From Bacteroidales bacterium (lineage in GTDB: Bacteria; Bacteroidota; Bacteroidia; Bacteroidales; FEN-979): 64,000 bases of DNA. The translations under genes were made by a program, and so were the position numbers. Below the pieces are notes generated by a model that made no database searches, was not told the origin of the DNA, and saw only the letters and a list, made by a program, of their open reading frames with translations. The stretch is taken from NCBI GenBank assembly GCA_038244085.1, contig JBBRTX010000016.1:19736-83735 (forward strand), written 5' to 3'. Of this stretch, positions 8,654 through 18,123 are shown piece by piece (positions within the stretch are counted from its first letter, which is position 1; each line of letters begins with the position of its first letter).

Positions 8654-10051
8654 TCATCCATTCACCGGGTCGTTGCTGTATGCTTTTGCTTTTTCATCAT
8701 CAAATTCGCCCTCCCACCGGGCGATCACAGTGGTGGCCAGGCAGTTTCCAATCACGTTAACAGCCGTTCGTGCCATATCCATCAGTTCATCGATTCCCAG
8801 GATGATAAAGATCGGCCATAAGGGTAACCCGAAATTGCTGGCTGTTCCCAGCAGGATCACCAGTGAAGCCCTTGGTACGCCCGCAACGCCTTTGCTGGTA
8901 AGCATCAGCGTGACCATCATCACGATCTGGGTTTCGAAGGAGAGTGAGATACCGGCAATCTGGGCGATGAAAATCGAAGCAAGGGCAAGGTAAAGCGTGG
9001 TTCCGTCGAGGTTGAAACTGTAGCCGGTCGGAATGACAAAGGCAACAATTTTCCTCGGGACACCGAATCGCTCCATGTTTTCCATCGCAATGGGTAAAGC
9101 CGCTTCGGAACTGGTGGTGGCAAAGGCCAGGGTGGCAGGTTCGGTGATTGCCTTCAGGAATTTCAGTACCGGGATCCTGACAATGAGGGCCACCGGCAAC
9201 AGGATAAAGATCAGGAAAAAGAACAGAGCCATATACAGGGTCGCCAGCAACTGCCCCAGGTTGACCAGTATAGAAATCCCCATGTGACCGACGCTGTAGG
9301 CAAGGGCAGCAAATACCGCGAAGGGGGCGAAGTACATGATCATGTTGGTGAATTTGAACATGACTTCCGACAAGGATTCGGCGAAATTCACCATCGGTCT
9401 GCGGTATTTTTCCTTCACCAAAGCCACGGCAATTCCAAAAAGGATGCTGAACACCACGATCTGCAGGACTTGTCCTTCGGCAATCGACTTGGCAATGTTT
9501 TCAGGGAAAACATGCAGAATGATCTGGTCCCAGGTCTGAGGCGGCACCTGCGGGATGCTTCCTTTGGCCATTTCAGGGGAAAGAACCACTCCCGTTCCGG
9601 CTTTGCTCAGGTTGATGGCCAGGAGCCCGATAAAAAGAGCCAGTGTTGATATTACTTCAAAATAAAGTATCGACTTCCAGCCCATCCTGCCAACCTGTTT
9701 CAGGTTGGAATGGCCGGCAATGCCTACCACCAGTGTTCCAAACAACAAGGGGGCGATAATGGTTTTGATCAGGTTCAGGAAAATCTTGCTGATGATGTTC
9801 AGATGAATGGCCACCTGCGGAAAGTCTTCGCCGAATTCAGCCCCGGCAAGCATGCTCAGCATGATCCAGGTGGTAAGTGATTTCCGACGCCACGCGAAGA
9901 GGCCTACAACCATGATCACCAGCCATCGGGATATCGGTAACAGGAACTGGGGTAGCGATAACATGTTGTAATGTTTCACCAGCGTCAAAGCGGCTGCCAG
10001 AAGCGTTAAAAGGATAAACACAAGCAGAAGAATCCCGGAACGTTTTTTCAT
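8654..10051 (-). CDS. Dicarboxylate/amino acid:cation symporter (DAACS, GltP/DctA-like)
   Basis: Polytopic protein with family motifs TSSEAALP, IPTGYSFNLDGTTLY and DMARTAVNVIGN. The track ORF starts at TTG 10084; the ATG at 10051 (MKKRSGILLL...) is preferred. Confidence 0.85.
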   Translation of the reverse strand: MKKRSGILLLVFILLTLLAAALTLVKHYNMLSLPQFLLPISRWLVIMVVGLFAWRRKSLTTWIMLSMLAGAEFGEDFPQVAIHLNIISKIFLNLIKTIIAPLLFGTLVVGIAGHSNLKQVGRMGWKSILYFEVISTLALFIGLLAINLSKAGTGVVLSPEMAKGSIPQVPPQTWDQIILHVFPENIAKSIAEGQVLQIVVFSILFGIAVALVKEKYRRPMVNFAESLSEVMFKFTNMIMYFAPFAVFAALAYSVGHMGISILVNLGQLLATLYMALFFFLIFILLPVALIVRIPVLKFLKAITEPATLAFATTSSEAALPIAMENMERFGVPRKIVAFVIPTGYSFNLDGTTLYLALASIFIAQIAGISLSFETQIVMMVTLMLTSKGVAGVPRASLVILLGTASNFGLPLWPIFIILGIDELMDMARTAVNVIGNCLATTVIARWEGEFDDEKAKAYSNDPVNG

Positions 10052-10059
10052 ATCATTCC

Positions 10060-10067
10060 CAAAAATA
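10060..10067 (-). promoter_or_regulatory. -7 box (TATTTTTG) upstream of the DAACS transporter
   Basis: TAnnTTTG match with 8 nt between the motif and the ATG at 10051, implying a very short or absent leader. Confidence 0.35.
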
Positions 10068-10134
10068 AGAAATTGAAATAACAAAAAAAATTCAAGCTTT
10101 CAGACAGAACGAAGGAAAGAGATATAATTTTTAT

Positions 10135-10148
10135 TTGATCTTGATAAA
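10135..10148. promoter_or_regulatory. CRP/FNR-family-like palindrome TTGAT-CTTG-ATAAA
   Basis: 9 of 10 match to TTGAT-N4-ATCAA, in the divergent spacer between the transporter (-) and a membrane-protein gene (+). The context is AT-rich, so chance occurrence is plausible. Confidence 0.2.
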
Positions 10149-10156
10149 CTTTATAT

Positions 10157-10164
10157 TATATTTG
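10157..10164 (+). promoter_or_regulatory. -7 box (TATATTTG) upstream of the 150-aa membrane protein gene
   Basis: TAnnTTTG match 24 nt upstream of the ATG at 10189. Confidence 0.35.
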
Positions 10165-10188
10165 TTTTAAGAATCAATACTATAGAAG

Positions 10189-10641
10189 ATGACAAATCAT
10201 AATAATTCAACCGGGAGAGCGATTATCGCTGTTCTGGTCGTTTGGGTAAGCGGCTTTTTTCTGGGTTGGCTGATCTTCGGAATCGCGTTAATGAAGTTTT
10301 ATGAATCGAACATGACGCATTACGACGGGCTAATGAAGAGCATGCCTGACATGGCGATGCTGATCCTCGGGAACCTGATCTGGAGCATCACGCTGGTTTA
10401 TATCCTTCACTATCTTGCAGCAGTCAGGTCTCTTGGAAGGGGTTTTGTGATTGGCCTGATCGTAACCCTGCTAATGACGGCAGGATTTGATATTTATATG
10501 TATGCCTCAATGAATCTGTATTCAGGAAACCTCCTTTTCGTTGATATACTTACAAATGGAATGCTGGGAGGCATACTGGGTGGTATTGCCGGTTGGGTAT
10601 TGGGTTTGCAAAAGAAGGAGTCGGCGATTACCGGACGGTAA
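10189..10641 (+). CDS. Hypothetical integral membrane protein (about 4 TM)
   Basis: 150-aa ORF with four hydrophobic segments. No family recognised by eye. Confidence 0.5.
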   Translation: MTNHNNSTGRAIIAVLVVWVSGFFLGWLIFGIALMKFYESNMTHYDGLMKSMPDMAMLILGNLIWSITLVYILHYLAAVRSLGRGFVIGLIVTLLMTAGFDIYMYASMNLYSGNLLFVDILTNGMLGGILGGIAGWVLGLQKKESAITGR

Positions 10642-10659
10642 AGCAGGAAGTTGATAGTT

Positions 10660-10704
10660 GAAACGCAGCGTCTCTGTGCCTCAGCGGTGAAACTTAACTC
10701 TTTT
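10660..10704 (+). repeat. Dispersed ~45-bp intergenic repeat, copy A
   Basis: GAAACGCAGCGTCTCTGTGCCTCAGCGGTGAAACTTAACTCTTTT. It shares the GAAACGCWGC and GCGGTGAAAYTTAAC blocks with the copies at 36831-36871 and 37040-37081. Confidence 0.7.
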
Positions 10705-10956
10705 AACAACCTGAACGGGGCGTAAAAAAGAAGAGATGAAACTATATTGGCACGAGCGTGATTAATCAAATTTATTTCCCCTACTATTTTCCAAGACAAA
10801 ATACCACCCATTTTATTTTGTGACTTCGATAATCTTTACGATCTTGTCGCAGACAAATCAAATTCTTACGTCCAAAAATTAAAACGAAATGGTCTCGAAA
10901 AACCGTTCTTTTAATTTGAGACAATCACCTTTCCCGATTTCAAAAATCCTAAAACG

Positions 10957-12273
10957 ATGAGGCAGATCTTCAGACAACCCACTTTCAAGATTACGTTTCT
11001 GTTTATTTTTATCATCCTGATCACCGGGTGTAAAAAGAAAGAAGAAAGCCAGGCCATTGTAACCCTGCCTTCAATTTCCACTTTGGCACCTGTTGAAATT
11101 ACTTCCACAACCGCTATTGTAGGCGGCCATATTTCGAATAACGGCGGAAGTACGATCCTGCAAAAAGGCGTTTGTTACAGTGATGCAGCGGATCCGCTGA
11201 TCACCGACTCCATCGTTTCTGATCACAACCCAGGTGTGAACTACACCTTTCCCGTAACAGGGCTGAAACCCAATACCATCTATTTCGCAAAGGCCTTTGC
11301 CATAAACAGCGCCGGGATCAGATACGGCGAGGAAATCAATTTCACTACCTTAAAGGAAATCAGCGTTCCGGTTTTATCAACCCTTGGAATTACAGACATC
11401 ACTGAGGTCTCAGCAACGAGTGGCGGAGATGTTACCGGCGACGGTGGCGCTGCAATAACGGGAAAAGGAATCTGCTGGAGTAAATCCCATATGCCAACGC
11501 TTGAAAATGATCATACAACCGATGCTGCCGGAATAGGCGAATTCGTCAGCCACATCACAGATCTTACGCTGAGAACAGGCTATTTTGTCAGAGCCTATGC
11601 AACCAATGTTGCAGGAACCGCCTATGGAAATGAACGATCCTTTACCACCACCGACAGCATAACCGGCCAACCCTGCCCCGGAATCGCAACCATCCTGTAC
11701 CAAGGCAAAACCTATCACACCGTTTTGATCGGTCAGAAATGCTGGTTCAAAGAAAACCTGAATGTGGGAACAAGGATCAATGGTAACACGGATATGATCC
11801 CGCTGAACGGGAAGATAGAAAAATATTGTTACAATGACCTGGAGAGCAACTGCGATATCTACGGGGCGCTGTATCAGTGGGATGAGGTGGTGCAGGCGAA
11901 TGAGGTGGTGGGTGCACGGGGAATCTGTCCGCTCGGCTGGCATATCCCAACGTATGTCGACTGGAACAATCTGACAAATGCACTCGGTGGTTTCCCTGAA
12001 GCCGGAAACGTTATGAAATTCAATACCCTTTGGTTTAATGGGGGGAATGGAACGAATTCAAGTGGCTTTTCAGGACTTCCGGGAGGACTGCGCTATTACG
12101 ATGGCAGTTTCACTCACCTGGGCGACTTCGGTTATACCTGGTCATCGGAAGCCTACAGTACGCCTCGTGCATGGGACTATATTCTCAATTATTCAAACAC
12201 AAACCTGGTTTCGGATTTTGAGGACAAGGTACTGGGTTTCTCTGCGCGTTGCGTGAAAGACTCACTGCGGTAA
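10957..12273 (+). CDS. Lipoprotein with two Ig/FN3-like repeats and a C-terminal FISUMP (Fibrobacter succinogenes major paralogous) domain
   Basis: Lipobox ...LITGC. Two ~95-aa repeats (ITSTTAIVGGHISNNGG...GVCYS / ITEVSATSGGDVTGDGG...GICWS). The C-terminal half has CWFKENLN, YGALYQW, CPLGWHIPT and WSS motifs typical of FISUMP. Confidence 0.8.
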   Translation: MRQIFRQPTFKITFLFIFIILITGCKKKEESQAIVTLPSISTLAPVEITSTTAIVGGHISNNGGSTILQKGVCYSDAADPLITDSIVSDHNPGVNYTFPVTGLKPNTIYFAKAFAINSAGIRYGEEINFTTLKEISVPVLSTLGITDITEVSATSGGDVTGDGGAAITGKGICWSKSHMPTLENDHTTDAAGIGEFVSHITDLTLRTGYFVRAYATNVAGTAYGNERSFTTTDSITGQPCPGIATILYQGKTYHTVLIGQKCWFKENLNVGTRINGNTDMIPLNGKIEKYCYNDLESNCDIYGALYQWDEVVQANEVVGARGICPLGWHIPTYVDWNNLTNALGGFPEAGNVMKFNTLWFNGGNGTNSSGFSGLPGGLRYYDGSFTHLGDFGYTWSSEAYSTPRAWDYILNYSNTNLVSDFEDKVLGFSARCVKDSLR

Positions 12274-12374
12274 ATTCTTCCCTGACACCTGCTCTTAAAG
12301 ATTAAAGTGGTAACCCAATGAAAAGGCAACCGGCAAGGGATCATTCTTAAGCGTTATTCTCGGATCCTTCTTCA

Positions 12375-12884
12375 TTACGGCAATCTGGTGATAAAATCCG
12401 GGGAACGAAAAGGAACATTGAGATCCAGGTTAATGCCGCTGTTTCTCCTTTTTCCAAAACGAAGCTCTATTCCGGCCCCGGCGGTAAAACCATAAAATAT
12501 CTTGTTATAACTGGACATTCCCTGGACTTTTGTCGCGCTGTTAACACCATACATGACTTTAACGTATGGCCGTGCCAGATGTTTATGATCCCCGGGAACG
12601 AATCGTCCTATACATCCTATATTCCATCCAAGGTCTATCATTTCCCACCCTCCGGCAACAAAAACTCCAACATACGGAATCGGGGAAAAGGTGCCTTTTA
12701 CGCCTAAAACCCCGCCGTAATCAAGACCAAATCCCAATCCAAGATCAAAATAACTCCATTCAGGTGTCAAAGGCTTCTGCAAAACAACTTTTTCCTGCCC
12801 AAAATCCTTTGATGCTTCTTGTCCGACGGTACTGAAAACAATACAAAACAAGACGAGCAATAGAATTGATCTGAATTTCATCAT
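12375..12884 (-). CDS. Secreted small protein, possibly an outer-membrane beta-barrel
   Basis: 169 aa with an N-terminal signal peptide (MMKFRSILLLVLFCIVFSTVGQ), Gly/aromatic-rich alternating strands and a C-terminal aromatic region. Starts 13 nt after the flxA-like stop. Confidence 0.5.
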   Translation of the reverse strand: MMKFRSILLLVLFCIVFSTVGQEASKDFGQEKVVLQKPLTPEWSYFDLGLGFGLDYGGVLGVKGTFSPIPYVGVFVAGGWEMIDLGWNIGCIGRFVPGDHKHLARPYVKVMYGVNSATKVQGMSSYNKIFYGFTAGAGIELRFGKRRNSGINLDLNVPFRSPDFITRLP

Positions 12885-12897
12885 TTATTCTTTAATA

Positions 12898-13731
12898 CTA
12901 AAACTCGTCCGGCAGTGACTTAAGCTGCTCATAGGTGAAAACCGGCCCGTCTTTGCATACATAGGTGCTGCCGATGTTGCAACGACCGCATTTTCCGAGG
13001 CCGCACTGCATTTTCATCTCCAGCGTGGTAATAATGTCCGGACCGTCAAAACCGAGCTTCAAAAGCGACTGGATCGTATATTTGATCATGATGGGCGGAC
13101 CGCAGGTGATAACCTTGGTATTTTCTATCTGCGGCTTTACCACTTCTTCCAAAACCTTGGGAACGACGCCTACATTTTCCTTCCAGGTATCTTCAGCACG
13201 ATCAATCGTGAGGACCACCTTCAGGGAAGGATCTTTCTTCCATTCTTCGATTTCTTCCTTGTAGCAAATATCTGCAGAAGTACGGGCACCGTAGAGGATG
13301 GTAAAATCCTTGTAGTCTTTTCGGTTGTCGATACAATACTGGATCAGCGAACGCAGCGGGGCAAGCCCGATACCGCCACCGACGAACAGCAGGTTCTTTC
13401 CCTTGAGATCATCTACCGGGAACCAGTTTCCGTAAGGTCCTCGAATTCCCACATCCATGCCTTCATCCAACAGGGTGTGGATATCTGCTGTTACCACGCC
13501 GGCACGTTTGATTGAGCAATCGAAATAACCATTGCGGGTAGCAGAAGAGGATATACAGAAAGTGCATTCCCCATGACCGATCAGGGAGAATTCCACAAAC
13601 TGACCCGGCATCCAGGAGAATTTTTCCATCACGGAAGCATCCTTCATCTTCAGCCGGTACGTCCGTACATCGGGCGTTTCGTCAATGATCTTCTCTATCC
13701 TGCAAATGGTCGGTACTAAGAGCTGTTCCAT
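12898..13731 (-). CDS. flxA: FAD/NAD(P)-binding oxidoreductase with C-terminal 2Fe-2S (FlxA / AsrB / sulfhydrogenase gamma family)
   Basis: 277 aa with a ferredoxin-reductase-type fold (LFVGGGIGLAPL) and the terminal motif CGLGKCGRCNIG. Last gene of the hdr-flx operon. Confidence 0.7.
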   Translation of the reverse strand: MEQLLVPTICRIEKIIDETPDVRTYRLKMKDASVMEKFSWMPGQFVEFSLIGHGECTFCISSSATRNGYFDCSIKRAGVVTADIHTLLDEGMDVGIRGPYGNWFPVDDLKGKNLLFVGGGIGLAPLRSLIQYCIDNRKDYKDFTILYGARTSADICYKEEIEEWKKDPSLKVVLTIDRAEDTWKENVGVVPKVLEEVVKPQIENTKVITCGPPIMIKYTIQSLLKLGFDGPDIITTLEMKMQCGLGKCGRCNIGSTYVCKDGPVFTYEQLKSLPDEF

Positions 13732-13741
13732 ATCTTTTGAT

Positions 13742-14794
13742 CTAGGCTGTTATGTCTGACTGAGAAACCTGGTTAACCACATCAAAGATGCTGATGTTCA
13801 CCGGGCAGGAGATGGCACAATGGCCGCATCCCACGCAGAGGTTGGCTCCAAATCGCTCTTTATAATACACAAACTTGTGCATGGCACGCTGCCGCCACCT
13901 GCGATATTTCACAGGCCGGGGATTGTGTCCCCCGGCCATTAACGTGAAATAGCCGTTGTTGCAGGAGTCGTAACTTTTGTAACGAACTCCTCCGTCCTTT
14001 ACCTTCTCGTCGGAGATCTTGAAGCAGTGGCAGGTAGGGCAGATGAAGGCACAGGTGTTACAGCCGATACAGTTTCTGGAGACATTTTCAAACTCGGGCG
14101 TGTCGAAGATCTTCTGCAAACCTGCATTGACCTCCGTGTAGTTCATTTTGAGTGTAAAAGACTGTTCGAATTGCTGGTAATGTTTTTTTATTTCTTCTGA
14201 AGCGGCATCAGTGGCTGCATTCAGAGCAGAAGTGTTTTCTTTCAGGAACAGATCCCCTTTTTCAGTGACTGCCTGGATGTAAATTTTGCCATTGAGTCCT
14301 TTCACGATCTTCACATCATGGGCATCCGAATTTTCCACATCGTAATCGAGGGAAGTACAAAAACAGGTCGGTTCGGCCTTGTCGCAACGGGAAGATATGA
14401 TGACGGTATTGATCCTGCGTTTCTGGTAATCTGTATCGATATAATCCCATTTGTAAACCAGGTCGAGCACCTGTAATCCTCTTGCATCGCAATGTTTCAC
14501 GCCGATAATGACGCGTTTTCCTGCCAGTGGATCTTCATCTGTTTCGGAAAAGGTAAGTCCTTCGCTGTCCTCATTGAACTTCATCACCTTGGCCGACTTG
14601 GGGAAAAACAACGGTTTCACGCTCATCGTTGTGGGAATGGGCGAATCGGGATTGCATTCAGAAAGTTTTCTTACCAATTTGTAATCGAACTTCCCGAATT
14701 TCTCAACCGGTGCATAGGTTTCATGCTTACCGATTACGGTTTCATAAAACTTGTCTAACCCGGCTTTATCTGTTTCAAATATCGTCATGCTCAT
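13742..14794 (-). CDS. flxB: Fe-S subunit (FlxB / AsrA / sulfhydrogenase beta family)
   Basis: 350 aa with cluster motifs CIGCNTCAFICPTCHC and CVGCGHCAISCP. Paired with the AsrB-like gene downstream. Confidence 0.7.
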   Translation of the reverse strand: MSMTIFETDKAGLDKFYETVIGKHETYAPVEKFGKFDYKLVRKLSECNPDSPIPTTMSVKPLFFPKSAKVMKFNEDSEGLTFSETDEDPLAGKRVIIGVKHCDARGLQVLDLVYKWDYIDTDYQKRRINTVIISSRCDKAEPTCFCTSLDYDVENSDAHDVKIVKGLNGKIYIQAVTEKGDLFLKENTSALNAATDAASEEIKKHYQQFEQSFTLKMNYTEVNAGLQKIFDTPEFENVSRNCIGCNTCAFICPTCHCFKISDEKVKDGGVRYKSYDSCNNGYFTLMAGGHNPRPVKYRRWRQRAMHKFVYYKERFGANLCVGCGHCAISCPVNISIFDVVNQVSQSDITA

Positions 14795-14807
14795 AATTCA
14801 AATGCAT

Positions 14808-15659
14808 TTACATAATAAAATCATCAGGATCGGAAAGGCTGTACTTGTAAAACGCTCCGCGATCATCTTTCTCAGCGCCGGCAAGGTGTTGCTGGAAGTT
14901 TTCATAGATCACCATCTCGTTCTGCTTGTGCAGCAGATGCAACGGCAGATGGCTCGGACAGGCTTTTTCGCAGTTCCTGCAATCAATACAACGGCCGGCG
15001 AGGTGCAGCGACCAGGTCATCAGGGCGTGCATGGCACTCGACGCGGTATTGGCTCCATGATAAAGCGTAGAAGTTTCCTGATCAATACAGCATTTCTCGC
15101 AATAGCAGAGCGGGCAGGAATGACGGCAGGCATTGCAGCGGATACAACTGTCGAACATCGATTCAAAGAAATCGGCCCTTTCGGCCAATGGTTTTGCAGC
15201 CATGGCTTCAATATCCGCGTTGATCTTGTATTCTCTCTGGCCGGATGGAGTGCCCAGCACCTCATCATAAATCACTGCATCTGGAATCACGCATTCCAGG
15301 CAGTTCTGTGCCTTCTCCCCTTTTTCGTTGAGGACACCGGTACAGTTAATGCCTACAATGTACAGATCCTCCCGTTTCACCTGCTTTTCGGTGAGCAGAA
15401 GATTCAGGGAACGGCTGTCGCAACCTTTTACCACGATGCCTACCCGTTTTTTGCGGGTATGTTCTCTTTTCAGATAATTGGTCAGGTTGAAACCTGATTT
15501 ATCATCGAAGACCAGGTTGGCGGTTTCAGTCGCTGAAGTCGCCAGGTAAGGAACCTGGTTGTCATCAAAGCTGTTCTTTTTATAACCGACGAAGTAATCG
15601 ATCTTTTCCTCGGTGAAAAGTCTTGATGCGATTTCCCGGATTTGATTTGTATAGTCCAT
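14808..15659 (-). CDS. flxC: Cys-rich Fe-S subunit (FlxC-like)
   Basis: 283 aa with CIRCNACRHSCPLCYCEKC and CIDCRNCEKACP. Size and position between the MvhD-like and FlxB-like genes fit FlxC. Confidence 0.6.
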   Translation of the reverse strand: MDYTNQIREIASRLFTEEKIDYFVGYKKNSFDDNQVPYLATSATETANLVFDDKSGFNLTNYLKREHTRKKRVGIVVKGCDSRSLNLLLTEKQVKREDLYIVGINCTGVLNEKGEKAQNCLECVIPDAVIYDEVLGTPSGQREYKINADIEAMAAKPLAERADFFESMFDSCIRCNACRHSCPLCYCEKCCIDQETSTLYHGANTASSAMHALMTWSLHLAGRCIDCRNCEKACPSHLPLHLLHKQNEMVIYENFQQHLAGAEKDDRGAFYKYSLSDPDDFIM

Positions 15660-15661
15660 TC

Positions 15662-16150
15662 TTAGAGATTTTCCTTTTTATACCTGTGAAGAGGTCCCAG
15701 TTTCTTGATATCATCGGTCACTTTCTGAACGACCTTGGCGAATTTGGCGCCTTCGGCGGCAGATACCCATGAGAACTGTACGCGATTTTCGTGGTATCCC
15801 ACGAAGTTGAGCAGCTTCTTGGTGACTAGGAAACGGCGTCGTGCATAGTAATTCCCGGAGATATAGTGGCAGTCGCCGGGATGGCAACCGGAGATGAGTA
15901 CCCCGTCGGCCGAGGTTTGCAGTGACTTGATGATGAACCATGGATCTACCCTTGATGAGCAGGGAACCCGGATGATCCGGATGTTGGGCGGATACTGAAT
16001 CCTGGATGTACCGGTCAGGTCGGAACCTGCATATGAACACCAGTTGCATAAAATCCCCATGATCACCGGCTGCCAGTCGGCAGGCGCAACGATACCGGGA
16101 TTTTCCGCACTTGTCACTTGTCCTGTTGTTTCTTTTATTTCAGCTTCCAT
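15662..16150 (-). CDS. flxD: MvhD/FlxD-type (methyl-viologen-reducing hydrogenase delta subunit family) protein
   Basis: 162 aa with CNWCSYAG, RVPCSSRVDP and GCHPGDCHY motifs. Its ATG overlaps the hdrA TGA by 1 nt (TGATG at 16148-16152). Confidence 0.85.
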   Translation of the reverse strand: MEAEIKETTGQVTSAENPGIVAPADWQPVIMGILCNWCSYAGSDLTGTSRIQYPPNIRIIRVPCSSRVDPWFIIKSLQTSADGVLISGCHPGDCHYISGNYYARRRFLVTKKLLNFVGYHENRVQFSWVSAAEGAKFAKVVQKVTDDIKKLGPLHRYKKENL

Positions 16151-18123
16151 CAGATTGAGACTATCTCGTTAATGATTTGTGGATCGGTAAAGCCCGAAAG
16201 ATTGATGGCCATGGAACGGCAGATGGCAACGCAAGAACCGCAACCCTGGCAAACGCCTTCGTTGATCTTCGATACCACCCTCATTTCCTTCGAACCGTGG
16301 CCCATCGGAATCTCTTCCGTGACAATGGCCTGGTAAGGACACACGGTGATACAGTTCTGACAACCGGAACAATATTCCGGGTTGATCTTGCTGACCATCG
16401 GGTCTTTCTTTAACGTGTCGCCGGCAAACAAACCGCATACCTTGGCAGCACAGGCAGAAGCCTGAGCTACGGTATCGGGAATGTCTTTCGGCGCCTGGGT
16501 ACATCCTGCAAGGAAAATGCCGGCCTTGGCCGTTTCCACCGGGCGTAACTTGGGATGTGCCTCCGACATGTATCCATACTTGTCGTACGAAACACCCAGC
16601 AACCGTGCCAGTGCAGGATTGTCTTTCGGGGCGATCACGGCAGTAGCCAGTACCACGAGGTCTGCTTCTACTTCCACAACCTGGCCGACCTGGGCATCTT
16701 CGCCCACCACCATCAGCTTATCGCCTTTTTTGTAAATCTTCGAAACACGGCCACGGAGATACGTGGCAGCGGTTTCCACCTGTGCCCGTTTGACGAATTC
16801 TTCATATCCTTTACCGGCAGCACGAATGTCCATATAAAAGATATAGGCATGACTATCGTGAACCTTATGATGCAGCAGCATGGCATGTTTTGCAGTGTAC
16901 ATGCAACAGATCTTCGAGCAGTACTCGATGCCTTTCGCTTCGTCGCGCGAACCGATACATTTGATAAAAACCACGTTCTTCGGCACTTTCCCGTCCGAAG
17001 GACGAAGGGGCAAGCCGTTGGTCGGTCCGCTGGCGGAGACCATCCGCTCGAATTCGAGCGAGGTGATGATATCCTTGAAACGGCCTACACCGTATTCTTC
17101 GTATGGTTTGGGATCCCAGAGATCGTAACCGGTAGCAATCACCACAGCCCCGATTTCCCTTTCAATCACCTCATCCACCATTTTGTAGTTGATCGATCCT
17201 TTCTCACACACCTTGGCGCAAATCCCGCACTTGCCTTTCAGCAGCATCGTGCAATGTTCGGCGTCGATGACCGGCTTATTCGGAACGGCCTGCGGGAAAG
17301 GAGTATAGATCGCTTTCCGTTTGTCGATGTTCATGTTGAATTCATTCGGGACCTTCACCGGGCATTTCTGGGTGCAGGCACCACAACCGGTACAGGTGCT
17401 GAAATCAACGTAAGAAGCCTTTTTGCGGATCTTGGCTTTATAATTTCCTACATATCCGTCGAGTTCAATGACTTCGGAATAAGGAATCAGTTCAATGTAA
17501 GGATGAGAAGCCACATCCACCATTTTCGGAGTAAGGATGCACTGTGAGCAGTCGAGGGTCGGGAAGGTTTCATCCAGTTGGGCCATGCGGCCTCCGATGG
17601 ATGGGCTTTTCTCGACCAGGGTTACATGAATCCTTGCATCGGCAATATCCAGCGCTGCCTGGATTCCTGCGATACCACCCCCGATCACCAGCGCCCGTTT
17701 GGTCACCGGTACGGAGATCTCATGCAACTGCTCGTTGGCAATGGATTTCGCCACGGCCATCCTGATCAGGTCGACCGATTTACGCGTTGCCGCTTTTTTA
17801 TCTTTCTGGTGAACCCATGAGGCGTGTTCACGGATATTTGCTATCTCCAGCATATACGGATTCAGACCTGCATCGGCCAATGCCTTGCGGAAAGTCTTTT
17901 CGTGCATCCTGGGTGAACATGCCGCTACGACTACCGATGTGAGCTTGTGCGTCACGATTGCTTCCCGGATTTGCACTTGTCCGGGATCGGAACACATGTA
18001 CTTGTAATCAATAGCGAATTTTACCTCACGGATTTTCCTGATATCTTCCACTACGGAAGGAACATCCACGAAATCGGCGATGTTAGCGCCGCAAAAACAA
18101 ACAAAAACACCTACTCTTGCCAT
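16150..18123 (-). CDS. hdrA: Heterodisulfide reductase subunit A-like flavoprotein
   Basis: 657 aa. N-terminal VFVCFCGANI cluster motif, FAD fold VIGGGIAGIQAALDIA, and ferredoxin motifs CTGCGACTQKCP, CGICAKVCE, CSGCQNCITVCP and CQGCGSCVAICR. No in-frame stop, so no selenocysteine. Confidence 0.9.
   Translation of the reverse strand: MARVGVFVCFCGANIADFVDVPSVVEDIRKIREVKFAIDYKYMCSDPGQVQIREAIVTHKLTSVVVAACSPRMHEKTFRKALADAGLNPYMLEIANIREHASWVHQKDKKAATRKSVDLIRMAVAKSIANEQLHEISVPVTKRALVIGGGIAGIQAALDIADARIHVTLVEKSPSIGGRMAQLDETFPTLDCSQCILTPKMVDVASHPYIELIPYSEVIELDGYVGNYKAKIRKKASYVDFSTCTGCGACTQKCPVKVPNEFNMNIDKRKAIYTPFPQAVPNKPVIDAEHCTMLLKGKCGICAKVCEKGSINYKMVDEVIEREIGAVVIATGYDLWDPKPYEEYGVGRFKDIITSLEFERMVSASGPTNGLPLRPSDGKVPKNVVFIKCIGSRDEAKGIEYCSKICCMYTAKHAMLLHHKVHDSHAYIFYMDIRAAGKGYEEFVKRAQVETAATYLRGRVSKIYKKGDKLMVVGEDAQVGQVVEVEADLVVLATAVIAPKDNPALARLLGVSYDKYGYMSEAHPKLRPVETAKAGIFLAGCTQAPKDIPDTVAQASACAAKVCGLFAGDTLKKDPMVSKINPEYCSGCQNCITVCPYQAIVTEEIPMGHGSKEMRVVSKINEGVCQGCGSCVAICRSMAINLSGFTDPQIINEIVSI

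Noticed and set aside
10957-12273. Possibility that the FISUMP lipoprotein is a diversity-generating retroelement (DGR) target.
   Set aside because: I thought FISUMP might be related to the C-type lectin-like folds used by DGR variable proteins. However, the window has no reverse transcriptase or accessory gene, and by eye no template-repeat copy of the 3' end of the gene.
16555-17547. Long antisense ORFs: 330 aa opposite hdrA, 248 aa at 14751-15497 opposite flxC, 225 aa at 21863-22540 opposite exbD/exbB, 205 aa at 39205-39822 opposite atpG/atpA, and 206 aa at 54604-55224 opposite the AsmA-like gene.
   Set aside because: In every case the opposite strand encodes a protein with strong, motif-level family identity. 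The antisense translations are low-complexity, His/Arg/Phe-rich, without recognisable motifs, and some run across gene boundaries. They are frame-complement artefacts of codon bias.
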